Source: Girardia tigrina
Lineage: Eukaryota
NCBI GenBank assembly: GCA_001938485.1
Contig: MQRK01239521.1
Location: 18,696-72,709, forward strand
DNA: 54,014 nt
Direction: 5' to 3'
Positions 1 to 14,010 of this stretch are shown one piece after another. Positions within the stretch are counted from its first letter, which is position 1. The number at the start of each line of letters is the position of its first letter. The notes under the pieces were generated by a model, which saw only the letters and a program-made list of their open reading frames with translations, had not been told where the DNA came from and did no database searches. A program made the translations under genes and the position numbers.

Positions 1-112
1 TAATTTTTAAAAATATTTAACAAGCAAATTAATATAAAAATATTTTACCCTTTAAATTAAAAAATAATAAACTATTCAGGCGAGATAAAAAATTAAAATT
101 AACCCCTCATAA
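1..112. repeat. Dispersed repeat; inverted copy at ~47353-47460
   Basis: TTTTACCCTTTAAATT...ATTCAGGCGAGATAAAAA...AACCCCTCATAA is the reverse complement of TTATGAGGGGTT...TTTTTATCTCGCCTGAAT...AATTTAAAGGGTAAAA at ~47353-47460. Confidence 0.85.
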
Positions 113-291
113 AGTTAATTCAAAATTCACTGAATAATTATTTATAAAATTTTAGATAATTAATTTCTGTTAATTAATAATTAAAAAATTAACATATTTC
201 AAAATTTTTGAGATTTATAGTAACTGCAACATAGTGTAGTAAAAAATGCCGATAGTAATTTAGCATTTATAGTTTTAAAATTTTGTCTATT

Positions 292-428
292 TTTGAAAAG
301 CGCTGTTTTGGGAATCGCTGTTTTAGGAAAGTACTGTTTTGGAAATCGCTGTTTTTGGAAATGGCTGTTCTGGTAATCACTGTTTTGGGTTGCACTGTTT
401 TGGGAAGCGCTGTTTTTGGATATACCAA
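292..428. repeat. Tandem array of ~15-bp units (consensus CGCTGTTTTGGRAAT), probably a subterminal repeat of a DNA transposon
   Basis: About 8-9 imperfect copies ending in GGATATACC; explains the spurious 267..449 ORF. Confidence 0.8.
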
Positions 429-1000
429 ACCACCTTGATTAACCTCCAAAAACGGATGATATCATAAATTTTTATTACTTCCGACTCTTATAATCGAGAA
501 AATAACATTAAATAAAAAAGTATAATATCTTGAAGAATAAAACATCCTTCATAATACATTACTTTTTGTCTTTTAATTTCAATCTATTCAAGAATTAAAA
601 TTGCAGGTATCATTAAACTATTTTGGTTGGAAAACTATTCAACAAATTTAGTTTAGTCAAATGAGAATCCAATGAATCTAGGCTTTGCATACTTACAAAT
701 TACAAAAGGCATTTGCTTAGAGTTGACGGGTTGCATTAGAAACCCGAGCTCTTTCCAAATGTAAGGGATCTGGGCCCTATGGAGAGTAAAAATAATATAT
801 ATTAGTTAATACCCATTAATTTGTACTTTATGAAAACAATTTATTTAAATCAACAATGCAAGTATAGAATTATAATAATCAGGTTGATTTACGACCATTT
901 TTTATTTATTTGTTTTAACTGCTAAGTTTGTAAGTATAAGTTAACTACGCTGGCGCGCTATTAGACAATTCACGTGGATTATCATTTGTGCATTGTGAAT

Positions 1001-1980
1001 TAGGGTGGAGTGAAAAAATACAACTTTTTATTTTTTAAATGGGCTATGTTGTAATAAGTTGCTGTTTGGGATGTGTATTAAAACTGCGATAAAACAGTCT
1101 CCTGAGTGAAAGTTTAGAGATACCGGAACGGGTCAAAAGTTTTGCTTGTATAGGTCATTTGAGATACTTTTTGCTTAAAAAATATAAGTCGGTTAACACT
1201 GAATTTCAAGATCTGGACTTGCTGTAGTAACGAAATTTTTTAAATAAAGCCCATCTGTTTCTTTTGAAGATACAGTGGTGGGTCAAAGGCAGGGGGAGCA
1301 ATCACCCCCACCCCCTAGAGGAGTGACAATCTTTTTTGAGGTTGAAATCACACGGACATTAAGAGAATTATAGCACGGAAACCAATTGCCTCTCGACATT
1401 TGTTTCATCATATTGATGGGGCAGCAACATGACCTCACAGCTATTCCGGACAAATAGGAAAAGCTCTTGGAACATATGAGTCACGATCAGTTGTCTATTA
1501 TAAAAAGATAAAATATGATTTCTCTCATATAAATGTGGTGGACCTGAGTACAGACCAGAAGCATTTACTGCAAATATCAATAGCTGTTTCTACTGGTGTC
1601 TGATCATTTGACATCGATGAGTCCTAACAATCTAACTCACTCAAGATGGCTTACCCCTGCAAGTTGGATTCTTCGTCTTCATGTTGCAACACTGGAACCT
1701 ACTGACTCAATTAAAGTTCTGGCAAATTTAGTGATCAAGGCCTATACTCAAATGGGGTTTGATATTAAAATCAAACCGTCAGTTTGTCATGGCACTCGAA
1801 ACCTCTTTCAGATGATACAGAGAACAAGATATTTGCATCCTGAATTCAGAAATATTGTGGGCACAGTTATCAAGAGAAACGCCTTTTTGTCCACCAAGAA
1901 AGTGTTCTTCTTTCTATGCTTACAGACAGTCTGGAACATGTTCAGAAACAAACTGTTTGTAAGATAATAAAGGTCTGAAG
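1001..1980 (+). mobile_element. Decayed DNA transposon fragment (hATm-like transposase remnant)
   Basis: TAGGGTG terminus at 1001. Translation of ~1540-1970 gives DLSTDQK...HSRWLTPASWILRLHV...IKRNAF with frameshifts. The subfamily name is from recalled motifs. Confidence 0.55.
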
Positions 1981-2009
1981 CTCATAAGTTCTAAAGGTCC
2001 GTCGATTCT

Positions 2010-4379
2010 GTTATTTCCTGAAGCTCGGACAAAATACTGCAGTCTACTTCTTTCGGCTAAGAATTCCTCTTTCTCCACCTCGTCTTTTATTTCACCAAGT
2101 TGGCAATCGTAATTATCATCAAAGAGATTCTTTTCTTTTTGCGAATACGACGCTCCATACTTATCCCAATTTCAAAGCAGAGCTTTTTGGAGTCGTCCAT
2201 TGCACTGTCCACNNNNNNNNNNNNNNNNNNNNNNNNNNNNNNNNNNNNNNNNNNNNNNNNNGCAGAACTTTGATTCAGATTGAGCCCTTTTGTTTGAAGA
2301 TACTTCTGGGCATCATTGATCTCTGGTAGAATGGAATTCCCAAGGTTCAAAAGCGACAGAAACGGAAATGACAGTACTGATGATAGGAGGAAAGATGCAT
2401 CTGATCTTGTCATTAAATTTTCTCCTTCTTTGGTGAGCTTCTCCAGAGCAGTCACGACTTGTGATAATTTTTTCACAAATACATTTACAGCATCAGCTCG
2501 AGTGCTCCATCTGGTTTCCACAACCCACTTGATACTTAGACCAGTTTCATGAACCAGGACATCCCAGCGATGCGTAGATGAGGAAAAAAAGAGAACAACG
2601 GGTCCAATGTGCCAAAACATGTAACAGATAGAATCACAACGGAAGCTGCATGTATGCAAGCAAAATTCAGGGAGGGATTTGAGCTTGGAACAAATAGAGC
2701 TTTCGTGTTAATTTCCAAGATGCGCTTCTGGACACCCGTTTGATGGGCAGACATAACAGCTGCATTGTCATATGCCTGGCCACGGCAATCATCAATCTGA
2801 ATCTCGTCGTTTTCCAGTTGTCTAAATATCAGTTCAGAAATTTCCTTTGCGCTCTTTCCCTTTGTCTCGATAAATCGAACAAACGACTCCTCCCCTTTTA
2901 CTTCATTTCCATCCATGTTTACGTAGCGTAAAACCTCGCTCAACTGGTCCTTGTGAGATATATCTGGAGTGCTATAAAAATTATGCAAAAATACTTGCTC
3001 TTCTTGACCTGTGCTATGATTTTCTTTCTCACCTGCTGCGCTAAAATGCTCACAAATTCATTTTGAACCTCTGGTGACAAATAGGAAGTGACGANNNNNN
3101 NNNNNNNNNNNNNNNNNNNNNNNNNNNNNNNNNNNNNNNNNNNNNNNNNNAAATGAACCAATTCCAAAAAGTTTCCTCTATTTTCCTGGTCTCCGTCTTC
3201 GTGGATGTCTTCTCAATGGCCCCTTAGTGCCAGGTTTTGCGAGGAAAGAAATCTGATGATGTCCAGTAAACTGGCTAGAATTTCACGCCATTTCTTAGTC
3301 TCCTATTCAATTAATTCTTCCTCCTTTATTGCCTTTCTTTTAGCGAGCCGGATCTCTAGCTCCTTCCACTTGAGGAATGCCTGCGCATTCGATGTGTTAA
3401 CTTCGCGCTCATGAACTTTAGGATTTAATTTCCACCAGTTCTTAAAGCCTTCTTCAGCAGAAAAACTAGACAGCCAAACTGAAAACAGTCTGCAGCAAAA
3501 GCAGAACAGGGCCTCCTTTGAAGGAGAATACACCATACATGTTCTCATACTTTTCTCTCCTTTCCGTTGATCACGAAAAAACCATTTTTTGGTTAGCTTT
3601 CTAGAGTCACCTTTTGTGTTTGTGCCTGGTCGTCGTACTTCTTTGAATTCACAATTAAGGTGCTGCATAGAAGTATATCCTTAACGAACAAGCATAGCGC
3701 GAATTTTATGGCTAATCTTAACTGGCCAAAGACCAATGTCCGTAAAATCACTTACAAAGTCTGTTTTCAGAGTGATTAATTGTTACATTTCTTGTGCTTC
3801 AATTTCCCTCTCACAAACTTCTGCATCAATGGTACCTTCGCCTTCCACAGTAGCAGTATCGACTTCAATTGTAGCATTAGCAATATAAAATTTATCTCCA
3901 GTCTCTATTGGATTATCGTCCACCGTACCCATCACTTTGTTCGTAGGCGATGAGGTCCTTTAGATGAATTTCAACAGTGCCCCTTCATTATTTTTTGACT
4001 CCTCTTCCACAACTTTTTTCTTCTTACAGAATGACGCCCCGCTCTGTTTGACTCTCTTGATCACAGACATACAAAGTAAGAAAATGCAATCAAATAAAAT
4101 TTAATAACCGGAAGTATTTAACTGAAATACCAAAATCAAAACATTGTCATGTAACGGTAAAGAATTTGTACACATCTGATAAGAGACAAATCTTCCAGCC
4201 CATTAGCAGTTTTCATTAAATTAGTTCATTTAAACATTCTGTTATGTCCAGCATTTCTGGTCAGATTTTTCTTCGTTTTATTTTATACATAATATTTCTC
4301 ACTTTCACAAATGCCGCCCCCAACAGTCGTGCCGCCCGGGGCTGACCGCCACCCCCGCCCCCCCTACGCTACGCCACTG
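2010..4379 (-). mobile_element. hAT (Tip100/ZMYM1-like) transposon, 3'-truncated, pseudogenised transposase
   Basis: Minus-strand fragments in order: WPVK, YSPSKEALFCFCCRLF, LALRGH, YLSPEVQNE, STPDISHKDQLS, CRGQAYDNAAVM, ETRWS. GC-rich 5' terminus CAGTGGCGTAGCG ends at 4379. Multiple frameshifts. Confidence 0.88.
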
Positions 4380-5099
4380 ATAGGGTGCCAATAATTTGAA
4401 AAAAATATGTTATGACTATCCCTTTCCAATATAGTAAAATATGAGCTTTACTCCTTCAATATTTATCATGAGACAACCCTTTAAAAAGTGAGACATGCGT
4501 ATCCTTTTTGCCCACTTGTATTTTGACACAAAAGTTTTGATGATATTCACTTTGGTTTTCTCTTAAATTACGTACAGTGGTCATTTTAATAGTCCTCTTT
4601 TAAAACTATTTGAATTCGAAGAAGATTTATGCTGCTCAAGTATAATTTTAATAGAAATCCCCATGCCTCATGGCAAGAAATGATTCATGCTGCTAGTTTT
4701 CACACGATATTTTAAAATATTTTGTTAAAACAAACTAAGGTAGTAAGATTGCTGTTAAACAGTACAGAACATTGAGATTAGCAGAATATGATGAACGGTC
4801 TGTCATTTCGCCAGATTGAACCGTAGTTATTGACGAAATCGCTGCAGTATTTTGATTATTCGCTGCTTTATAATTAACAATACCCAAATTCATGTTTACT
4901 TTTTCTTTCAAGGTTTCAGTACAATGTACAAACATAAATCAGATACAGAAAAGCGAAAATTGACATCTCAAAAGAAGATTGACCAGGTAGCTTCTGATCC
5001 AAAACAAAGAAAATTATCATTTGTCATGTGAGTCATGAAATCATATACAGGCCCTATTTAATTATGTGTGTTTTATGTTATTTTAATAATTTAATTTTT

Positions 5100-8000
5100 G
5101 CAGGACAGCCAGCACTGAAGAAACAGTCAATCCATCACATTCAGAAAGTCAGTCCATCCAAAAAGAATCAATGTTACCGATAGTTATCATTTCTATCATG
5201 CATTTACAACAGTCTGTCATATGTAGCTCAATATTACCATCTATTATTGGATTGTTACAACAGTCGGAACAGCTTCCAGCATCTGAAATGATAATTTCTC
5301 AAGAAGTCGAAAATTATGAAAATGGTATCGTCAAATCCTCTCACACTTCTGTACGAGCAATTGTATCAGAACAAATGTAATATTTTGAAGAAACTGACAA
5401 CCATGAAGCAATGTGCTTTGATTTGTTTAAGCGACAACATTCATCCGCCTCCTAAGTACATAATATATGGAATTCATCGCCAAACATCCATTAGAACCCC
5501 ATATGCCTTTACCATTAAAAACTATTCGATTATATAATCGACAAATATCCGATAAAGAGAAGGTAAACCGAACATGGCTTTAATTGGATTCAACCAGTTC
5601 TAAATTATATTGCTCTTTATGCGTGTGTTTCGATGACGATATGACAGCTCAACATCCTTTTTCAAACGATGGCTGTTTGATAGCAGTCAAAAATGTTTAC
5701 ACTAAAGTGCAGAAGCATGAACAATCTTAAATCCAGAAAAAAAGTGTCAATGTTTCTTTAAGCGCTAAAAGCGAACGAAATATTGAAAATTATGTAAACA
5801 CTGACATGATTGCAAAACGGCACCAAGAAGTCAAAGCAAATCGCTTGATATTACATCGTCTAGTGTAGGGGTGGGCAAAGTTTTTTTTAATTGGGCCACT
5901 CTCGAATTTCTAAGCTCTTCTGCGGGCCAGAAAATTTATTTCAAGAAAATAATTGATAAAATGAGTTTCCACAAGACATTTATTACAAATAATATCATAT
6001 GACATATGTTACAAAATTTATAAATGATTAACATTTCAATATGAAAAAAGATTTTACAAAAATCAATGAGAAAAGTGAAGTTGTTTGAAGTCATACACAA
6101 GCTTATCAAAGTTAGGCTGCATATTTGTGGTGGCAATTCTCAAAACAGCTGCTAAATGTTCGTCTGTCATTTGTGATCGCAAGTCAGACTTGTTGTGCTT
6201 CATGATCGAGAATGTTTGTTCACAAACATAAGTTGATCCAAACATCACCAGCATGCTTTTTGTAAAATCTTTCAAGTTTGGATACAAATCATTGCTTAAT
6301 GATTTGAAGAACAGGATAACATTTTCAGGCTTAAATGAATCCTTCAACACATTGGTGGACTGTAATTCAATCAGTTCTAATTGGATATTAGAAGGCACAT
6401 GCTCAATGTTGAAGTAAATGGATTTGAGAGAATCATTAATTCAAGCTGTATTTTTTTGAAATCTGTGAAGCGCCTCGAAAACTCGCTTTGAAGATCACTC
6501 AGCTTTTTGGTGTATTTTTCAACTTCAATAACACTGATTGTCAAAGAATTCAGATTTGGGAAATGCTGAAGTTTTCTTTCTTTCATTTGATTAGAGAAGA
6601 GAGTCAGCTTTTTTTCAAATGCATTCACTGCAAAATACAGTTCATGAATAATAGCATCTCATCGTATCAGAGTCACATTGAGCTTGTTTAAATGCTCCAT
6701 AATGTCAACAAGAAATGCCAGATCTGCAAGCCACTGGGGATCATAAAATTGTGGGAATTGATCATCCTTTTGCTTCATTTTCAAAAACAGCTTTATTTCT
6801 TCTTTGAGTTCCCGAAGTCGCTTTATAACTCTTGCCAAACTGAGCCATCGGATATTACAATGATAGGGAATTCCATTGTAATCAACTTCAATCTCCTCCA
6901 TAAATGCAATAAACTGACGATGATTGAGCCCTCTTGCTCTAATGAAGTTCACGATTTTTACCACAACCTTTACAACATGGTTCATATTAAAAATATTCTT
7001 GCATAGTGCTTCTTGATGAATAATAGAATGAAGAAAAGCAAGTTCATGATCTCGACATATTTCATGAACAATTTTTTTAAGTCTACTAAGAAGACCAACA
7101 TTCTTGTCAGTTAAATTTGGTGATCCATCAGTTGTTAAACTTTTAAGTTTAGTCCATGAAAGACCACGCTTTTCAATGCACTCTTTTACTTTCAGAAACA
7201 AATCTTCACCTGTTGTAGTATCCTTCATTGATTCCATTGAAAGTAATTCCTGACTGTTGATACCACGAATAAAAATAAGCAATTGAGCTGTATCAGTAAT
7301 ATCTGTTCTGTCATCCAGTGCAATAGAAAAATTTTTCAAACTTTTCACTCTTCAACATCAGCTGCTTCAATAAATCTTGATTAATATCCTCTACTCGACG
7401 CACTATTGTTCTTCTGGACAGGCTTAATTTTTCAAAATCTTTCACTTTTTCTGGACACACAACTTCAGCTACATGAATCATGCATCTCTTGATGAATTCA
7501 CTATCACAAAATGCTTTACTTTCTTTTGCAATATTAAATGCCACAAGAAAACTTGCATGGCTTACTGCCTCTTGAGTTTTATTTTGCTTTGTAAAAATAT
7601 TTTGCTGTTTTTTCAACTGCTTCAACAAATCACTTGCTTCTTGCACTCTTGCTTCATCAGATAGATTGCTTCCATAATTTGCATGTTTAGAAATTAAATG
7701 CAGTCGTTTATTATGCTCTTTGAAAACTGCCACTTCTTCTTGACAAATCAAGCACGCTGCTTTATCTTTGCGTGTAGTAAAAAAATACTTTGTTGTCCAT
7801 TCATCATTGAACTTTCGATTTTCTCTATCTACTTTTCTCTTTTTCGCATCAGACATAATTGCAAATATTTACCTAAAAAATTAAAACAGTAAAAAAATAG
7901 ATAAAAATTTGAAATTGAAATTTGTCAAAAGCAATAATAAAACAAACGATATAAAAGAATTCATGAATTAATTTAACCGGAATTATACAAAAATACTGTT

Positions 8001-9470
8001 AGAAATACTAGCAAAGAATATGCCAAAAATTTTTAATACACTTAACAAAATACTGTCAGTATTATATTTATTATTAATTAACTTAATTAATTATTTTGTT
8101 AAACTTAGTGAACAATCTTTACAAATAATATAATCAAACAGCACTGACAGTATCAAGATTGAGTTATAACTGTGAATAGAAATTTCAAAAACATGTGACA
8201 AATCAACGTTTTTAAAGTCGCAATGTATGTTAGTAAAATAAATATGTATGTGTCAGTTTGGTTAACCTTAGTCATCATTATCACTAATCAAATAATTTTT
8301 TAATAACAGTAGAAAACAACAGTTTTTTACGTATATTTCTTTTATTATTTTGACTGGGTGTCTGCGGGCCGGCCTGTAGGTAGCCACGGGCCAGATTCGG
8401 CCCGCGGGCCGCGGTTTGCCCAAGGCTAGTCTAGTGGATATAATAATGTACTTAGCAAAACAATGCATTGGTTTCAGATCTCATCGTAATGAAAATTTCC
8501 CTTCTCTGAAGGATTTCTCAAATAATCATGGTAATTTTCTCGAATTGATCTAACTAATGGCCAAATATGATTCAGTTTTGCAAAATATTATTTCTAAGTT
8601 GCAGAGAAAATCTCATTATTCAACTGAAACAGGACGAGGATCATTTATTTTCAAAAACTATTGTATCCAAAATTTTGATTATTATTGGTAACAGTTTTAA
8701 AGAGCAACTGACCAAACAAGTGAAAGAGATGGGTCCATTTAGTATCCAAATGGACTATACATAAGATGTTTCCGTTACTTCAGCATTTCGATTAACTATT
8801 GTGTTGCGTTATGTCCGTGAAGGTGTTATTCATGAACATCTTTACCGTCTTATTTCTGTTAACTCTTCCTCGGGGGAAAACTTGTTCAACATCATGCGTC
8901 ACAGTTTTACTCAAGATAATTTAAAAGTTGAAAGAATATTGGGAGAGTCATTTCATTGAGGTGCTAATATGTCTGGCAAATATCAAGATGTCCAAAGTCC
9001 AATTGCATCTGAATAACCTAATTCGGTCTACATCCACTGCTATGCACATTCCCTCAATCTAGTGATAGCACAAGCAACAAGCACCAGTTTAAGCACAAAA
9101 AATTTGTTTGGACTAATCAACTCCACTGCTAAATTTTTAGTGAATCTCACAAACGCATACTTGTCTGGATCAAAAACTCAGAAGGTCTACCACGACAGGT
9201 AAAGCTAAAAAAGATATTTGAGATTCATTGGAGTGCTAGGGAAAATTCTTTGAAATCAATAATAGGCTTTTTAAGTCAACCCGATCCTCAAAGCTTCACA
9301 TTAGTTCTAGACACATTAAACGAAATTGCACAGTCTAAGGAATTTCAAAGTAACTTATCTTTTCAAGCATCGTCATTGTATGACGACTGGAAAAACTTTG
9401 AAAACCTTTTATCTGCTTTCATATAGATGGAAATCTTCTTGATGACATCACCTGTCTCAAAATATTGAAT
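5100..9470 (+). pseudogene. Second hAT (Tip100/ZMYM1-like) transposase pseudogene, split by the 5866-8428 insertion
   Basis: LYCSLCVCF; reading frame ILHRLV|DIIMYLAKQCIGFRSH is restored across the insertion; then GNFLELI, FSIQMD, YIHCYAHSLNLV. Many stops. Confidence 0.85.
5866..8428 (-). mobile_element. hAT Charlie/SPIN-like (GTF2IRD2-type) transposon, full length, frameshifted transposase 6063-7856
   Basis: Perfect 8-bp TSD GTCTAGTG (5858-5865 / 8429-8436). TIRs TAGGGGTGGGCAAA / TAGCCTTGGGCAAA. Motifs CLIC, LSLSRRTI, FSIALDD, TTDG, IIHQE, RWLS, FGSTYVCEQTFS spread over four ORF pieces. Confidence 0.95.
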
Positions 9471-10260
9471 TTTATTGAATTTTATTAATGAATTATTGTT
9501 ATTTATTTTGTTTAGTGAATTATTTCAAAATATAAACAAAATATTAATATTTAATAATATTTTTTGGGTTCTTGATCAAAATTATAATTCATTAACACCA
9601 AATTTTATTTCTAACACCAATAACAATTATTCAAACAATTTTTCGTCGAGGAACTTTTCTTCGTTTTCTTTTTGACAAGATTTTTATATAAAAATATGGA
9701 ATTATAAATACTGATAAGCTATTTTAAAATTGATTTTTTTTTATTCTCTTTATTTTGAAAATTTACATTCCACTATTTTATGCAACTTAATTTAAATTAA
9801 AACCAACATAAATTTTTGTGGTCATGTTTTTACTAAATTAACAAAAAGGATTTTTATTATTTTAGAATTAGTTTAATGTTATTTTCTTTTATTTGTGAAA
9901 ACGTTTTTAATTAATAAAAGATTTTAACGTTATATTTATTATCAATATTTCATTTTAAAAGCCTTTTATTATCCACAATAATTCAAAATACAAAAATATA
10001 CAATTTGTTTTAAATAAAATTTAAAAGCATTTTTTTACCTACAATTATTTTAAATACAATACAAATTTTAAATACAATTTAAATATAAAAAATAATTTAC
10101 AGTATTCAAATTTTTATAATTACTACCCTAATTCATATCTATTCGGACACGTAAAATAATTCTTAGTAAAAATTTTAAATTATAAATAATATGTACTTAT
10201 TTGTATTATAGATGAATTAATTTGATATTTTACGATAACCTAAACACAATTCTAAGTTAA

Positions 10261-10379
10261 TGTAACACGCGAAAATTTTATTTTCAAAACAATGTTTAAT
10301 TGATAATATTTAAACAAAATATTTATCAAAAAAGCAAATATTAAATATTTGAAATAATCAAAATATCTAATATCCAACA
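10261..10379 (-). repeat. 3' LTR of Gypsy 1
   Basis: 4 mismatches in 119 bp versus 14023-14141. Confidence 0.93.
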
Positions 10380-13300
10380 ATCCAGATTAGTCCAGATTCG
10401 TTCACAGAAGAATCTGAATCCACAATGTAATCATTTTGATAAGGCGGTCTTCGTCTTTCTCTTCTAGGCCTATTGTTCAATGATTGTTCCTCTTGTGTTT
10501 GATTGTCTGGTAGTGATGTAGTTTCGTCCATATTCATATCGTATGACTTGGAATTTTCAACAAATTCAGGCTGTCTGGGTCGAATGTCTGCGATGTCTTG
10601 GACCACAAATCCGTTGCAATTTACTAGATATTTCCTCTGATCTATTCTCTTCACGACAACACCCTTGGCCCATTGCTGTGTACATGGTGTACTGTTTTCC
10701 GGTTTTACTCACACTAATTGATTCTCTACATAATCTGGATTTCCACAAAACGGTTCCTTTTCACTTCTTCCAATTATATCTAACCCTATGGGCAAATGGC
10801 TATATACAGCGCCGAGCTTGGTGTTTCCTTTCCTTCAGATGGCGTGTTATTATACCACCATAAGGCTTCCAATATGCTGATATTTGATCTGGACGCAATT
10901 CTTTTGATTGTTCTATGATTCCTTTCTATTATCCCGTTGTAGTTAGGTCGATTGATGGCACGATACATGACTCGAACGTTCCACTTTTCCATTAGCTTGT
11001 TGAATTCTACCGAATGAAATGCGGTATAATTATCGATAATTAGTTCCTTGGTAGACCCGCGTTCACAGAACAAACTTGAAAATTCTGAGACAATTGACTT
11101 GACGTCTTCAGCTTTAATTAATTTCCATATCGCAAAGCGAGAAGGACCACAATCGATTACACTTAAAAATTTTTGTTGATTGTACTTTGTAACATCCGCA
11201 GCAAGTCTTGTCCAGTTTTCGTTGACGCTCAACCGGTTTTCCATTTTACGGGTGCCGGATCGATGGATTGACATTTTTGACATCTTGAAATCAGATCCTT
11301 GATATCCGCGTTTGACACACCTATTCCTTGCTTCGCACATAGATATCGCATTCTGTTTGGGCCTAAATGACACTTATCATGAAGTTGATACAGCTTGAGC
11401 AGATCGTCCGCAACCGATAAAAAACAATTGCTTCTTTTTAATTGTTTTGGGATTCTTGTCAACTCGTCCACCTTGTTATCTTTGCTATTAACAAACTCGA
11501 TCTTCAACTCGATCTCATACTCCTGACACAGTTCCTTGATCATCGACAGTCTTCGTTTTATTAAAAGCTCAGATGAAGCCTTGGTATTTAATTTTTCGTG
11601 ATCTGAGATTGTTGTGGTTACCCACGAAACTACTGACTTATTATCCGATTTTACTATCACGCTCCTTAAACCCCATTTCACACATAAGTTAAAACCCTTT
11701 ACAACTGCTTCTAGTTCTGCTACATGTCTAGAATCATCATGCTATTTGTCTAGAATCATCAGTTTTTCTCAACCATGATGCGTCCTCGATTATGTTCCCC
11801 TTGACTTCTAACGCCACACCAATGGCTATTGAACTTGCGTCGCACTAAATAATACCTTCCCTGTAGTCATCAATGTCCCATAAACTTCTACGAGGATCAC
11901 TATCCCTCACTATCTTTAAAACCCATTTAATCTTTTCGAAGAATTCCTCGTCTATCTTTTCATCCAACCTTCCATCACTAAGTCGTTTAAGATATGAACA
12001 TGACGGATGTAGCCAACTAGCTACCGGATGTATTCCTACTAATTGTCCACATAACGAATATAACTCACGACGTGAAATTGATTCCACATCCAACTCTTTC
12101 CTTATCTGATTGTCCCTTTTCCATCTCACTACATGTTGCTCCTTAAAGACTTTCATTCCTAAAACTCGAACTTCGTTGGCTTATGACAGATTTTCCGGTT
12201 TCTTACATTTGAGACCGAAGTTATTGAACACCTTTTCTACTTCTTCAACAGAAATGAAACTTTCATTTACATAAATATTATCAATATAAGAGTCGGTATT
12301 TTCACACATCCTGGTGTCAGAGTTCAGAATCCACCTGACGATTTCGGTCATTATAGTTGGCGATATGTTTAAACCAAAACCCATTCTAGTTAAAGCATAT
12401 TTATTGTTATTAATGATACAAGAGTGGTAACGCCACATGTCCTTATGAACATGAATCTGCATGTACGCCTCTGACAAATCAAGCATTGAAAAAGTTGAAC
12501 CCCTACGCCGCCAATCGCGGAGCTTTTCTAAAAATATGTCCGCAGAACCACTGTAAACGTCCACGTAATTGTTTAATTTTCTAAAATCAAAAATGGGTCT
12601 TATCTTGGACTTATTAGCCTGTAATATTCCAAATATCGGTATGGATCCTATCGATTTACCCATTTCCTTCATATTGTACTCGATTAGATAACCCTTTTCT
12701 ACCCAACCGTCTAAAATTTTCAACGTTGCCACATCTTTTAATTTGTTGTCCTTAAAAACTGACTGACGATTCGGAAGATGACTCAGAGCCTCACTTTTCC
12801 AATTCCATTTAATCGACAAATTTTCCTTAAACTCAATTTCAAAATTATGCTTTTTTATACTAACAAGAGGTGCATCTGATGCAGTACAACTCAAGCTACG
12901 ATCTATCCCTTTAATTTCTTCTTCGCTGAACTCAATAACACCCTTATTAATTCTCACGCCACCAAATTTACCTTAGACATCCATGCCTATTAAGATCCCT
13001 AGACCATACGGCAAATGTTCCATGACCGAACATTCCACCCTAATGATCCTACCATTTATATTCAGCCGCACTTCACCCTAACCCACTCTAACACCCTTTC
13101 CATTTGCCAAAACCATACTTTCTCCGTCAGAAAACAACATACAATCACTAACTAACCTTTTTAAAACAACCGTTTTCGAACAACCCGAATCAATCAACGC
13201 TATGGCTCACCTGTCATTTACAGTGACGATCATCGTCGGAAACGGCTGCATCTGTGAAAGAAGAGAGCCGGTGCCTACAAACTCCCCTGTTCGTTTCCAG

Positions 13301-14010
13301 ACCGACAATATTTTGCGATATGACCCGCTTCTGAAGCATATTGTTTGTCTGTTTGATTGCCACTGAGAACCCTTATGATGATTACTTTCCTTCGATTTGG
13401 TGTCTCTCTCACGATAAACATAGGGTCCTCTCTGAAAATTTACTCTGGGTTTATCGAGTTCTCCCTGACCTACGGAACTCCCTGTTTCTTTGTTGTTGTT
13501 TCCGTGTTGTATTGCTGCCATTGAACCCTGTAATAAACCCTTTTTAATCCACAAATACCTGCGGCTATACTCTATCATTTCGGTCAGCGGTTGGTCGCCG
13601 GCCAGTTCCAAATCCACCTGCAACTCGAAAGGCAGTCCAGCCATTAAGGCAGCCTTTGTTAGGTCGTCGACCTTTGTTGCTAACATTTTCACCTGAGATG
13701 CATATTCATCGATAGTCTCGCTCTCGTGATACTGTAAGTTTATCAATTGACTGTACGCCGAACGTGTTGTCAGGCCGAACGAGTTGTTTAGTATCTTGAA
13801 GAACCGATCGCAGCTGCTTTGTGTCTTCTCGTCCGATTCCATGTAGATGTTCAGTGCAACCCCCGATAGTAAAAGGGGGAGATACGGGACTGGATCAGTA
13901 ATCTTCTGGATTTTCATGACCATTTCAAATTTCTTCTGCCAAATGTCGAAGCTGATGCTTCAATCAAATTTTTCCAAAAACTCCAAAACGATTTTCATAT
14001 CATTCATTAT

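Noticed and set aside
292-428. CRISPR-like array
   Set aside because: Contiguous ~15-bp units with no unique spacers, eukaryotic context, no cas genes.
1274-4379. CAGTGG at 1274 as the partner TIR of the 4379 hAT end
   Set aside because: Match is only 6 bp, no TSD, and unrelated sequence intervenes.
13960-13962. TGA readthrough or alternative genetic code (also 21702)
   Set aside because: Isolated stops in elements with other lesions; both host genes end in TGA under the standard code.
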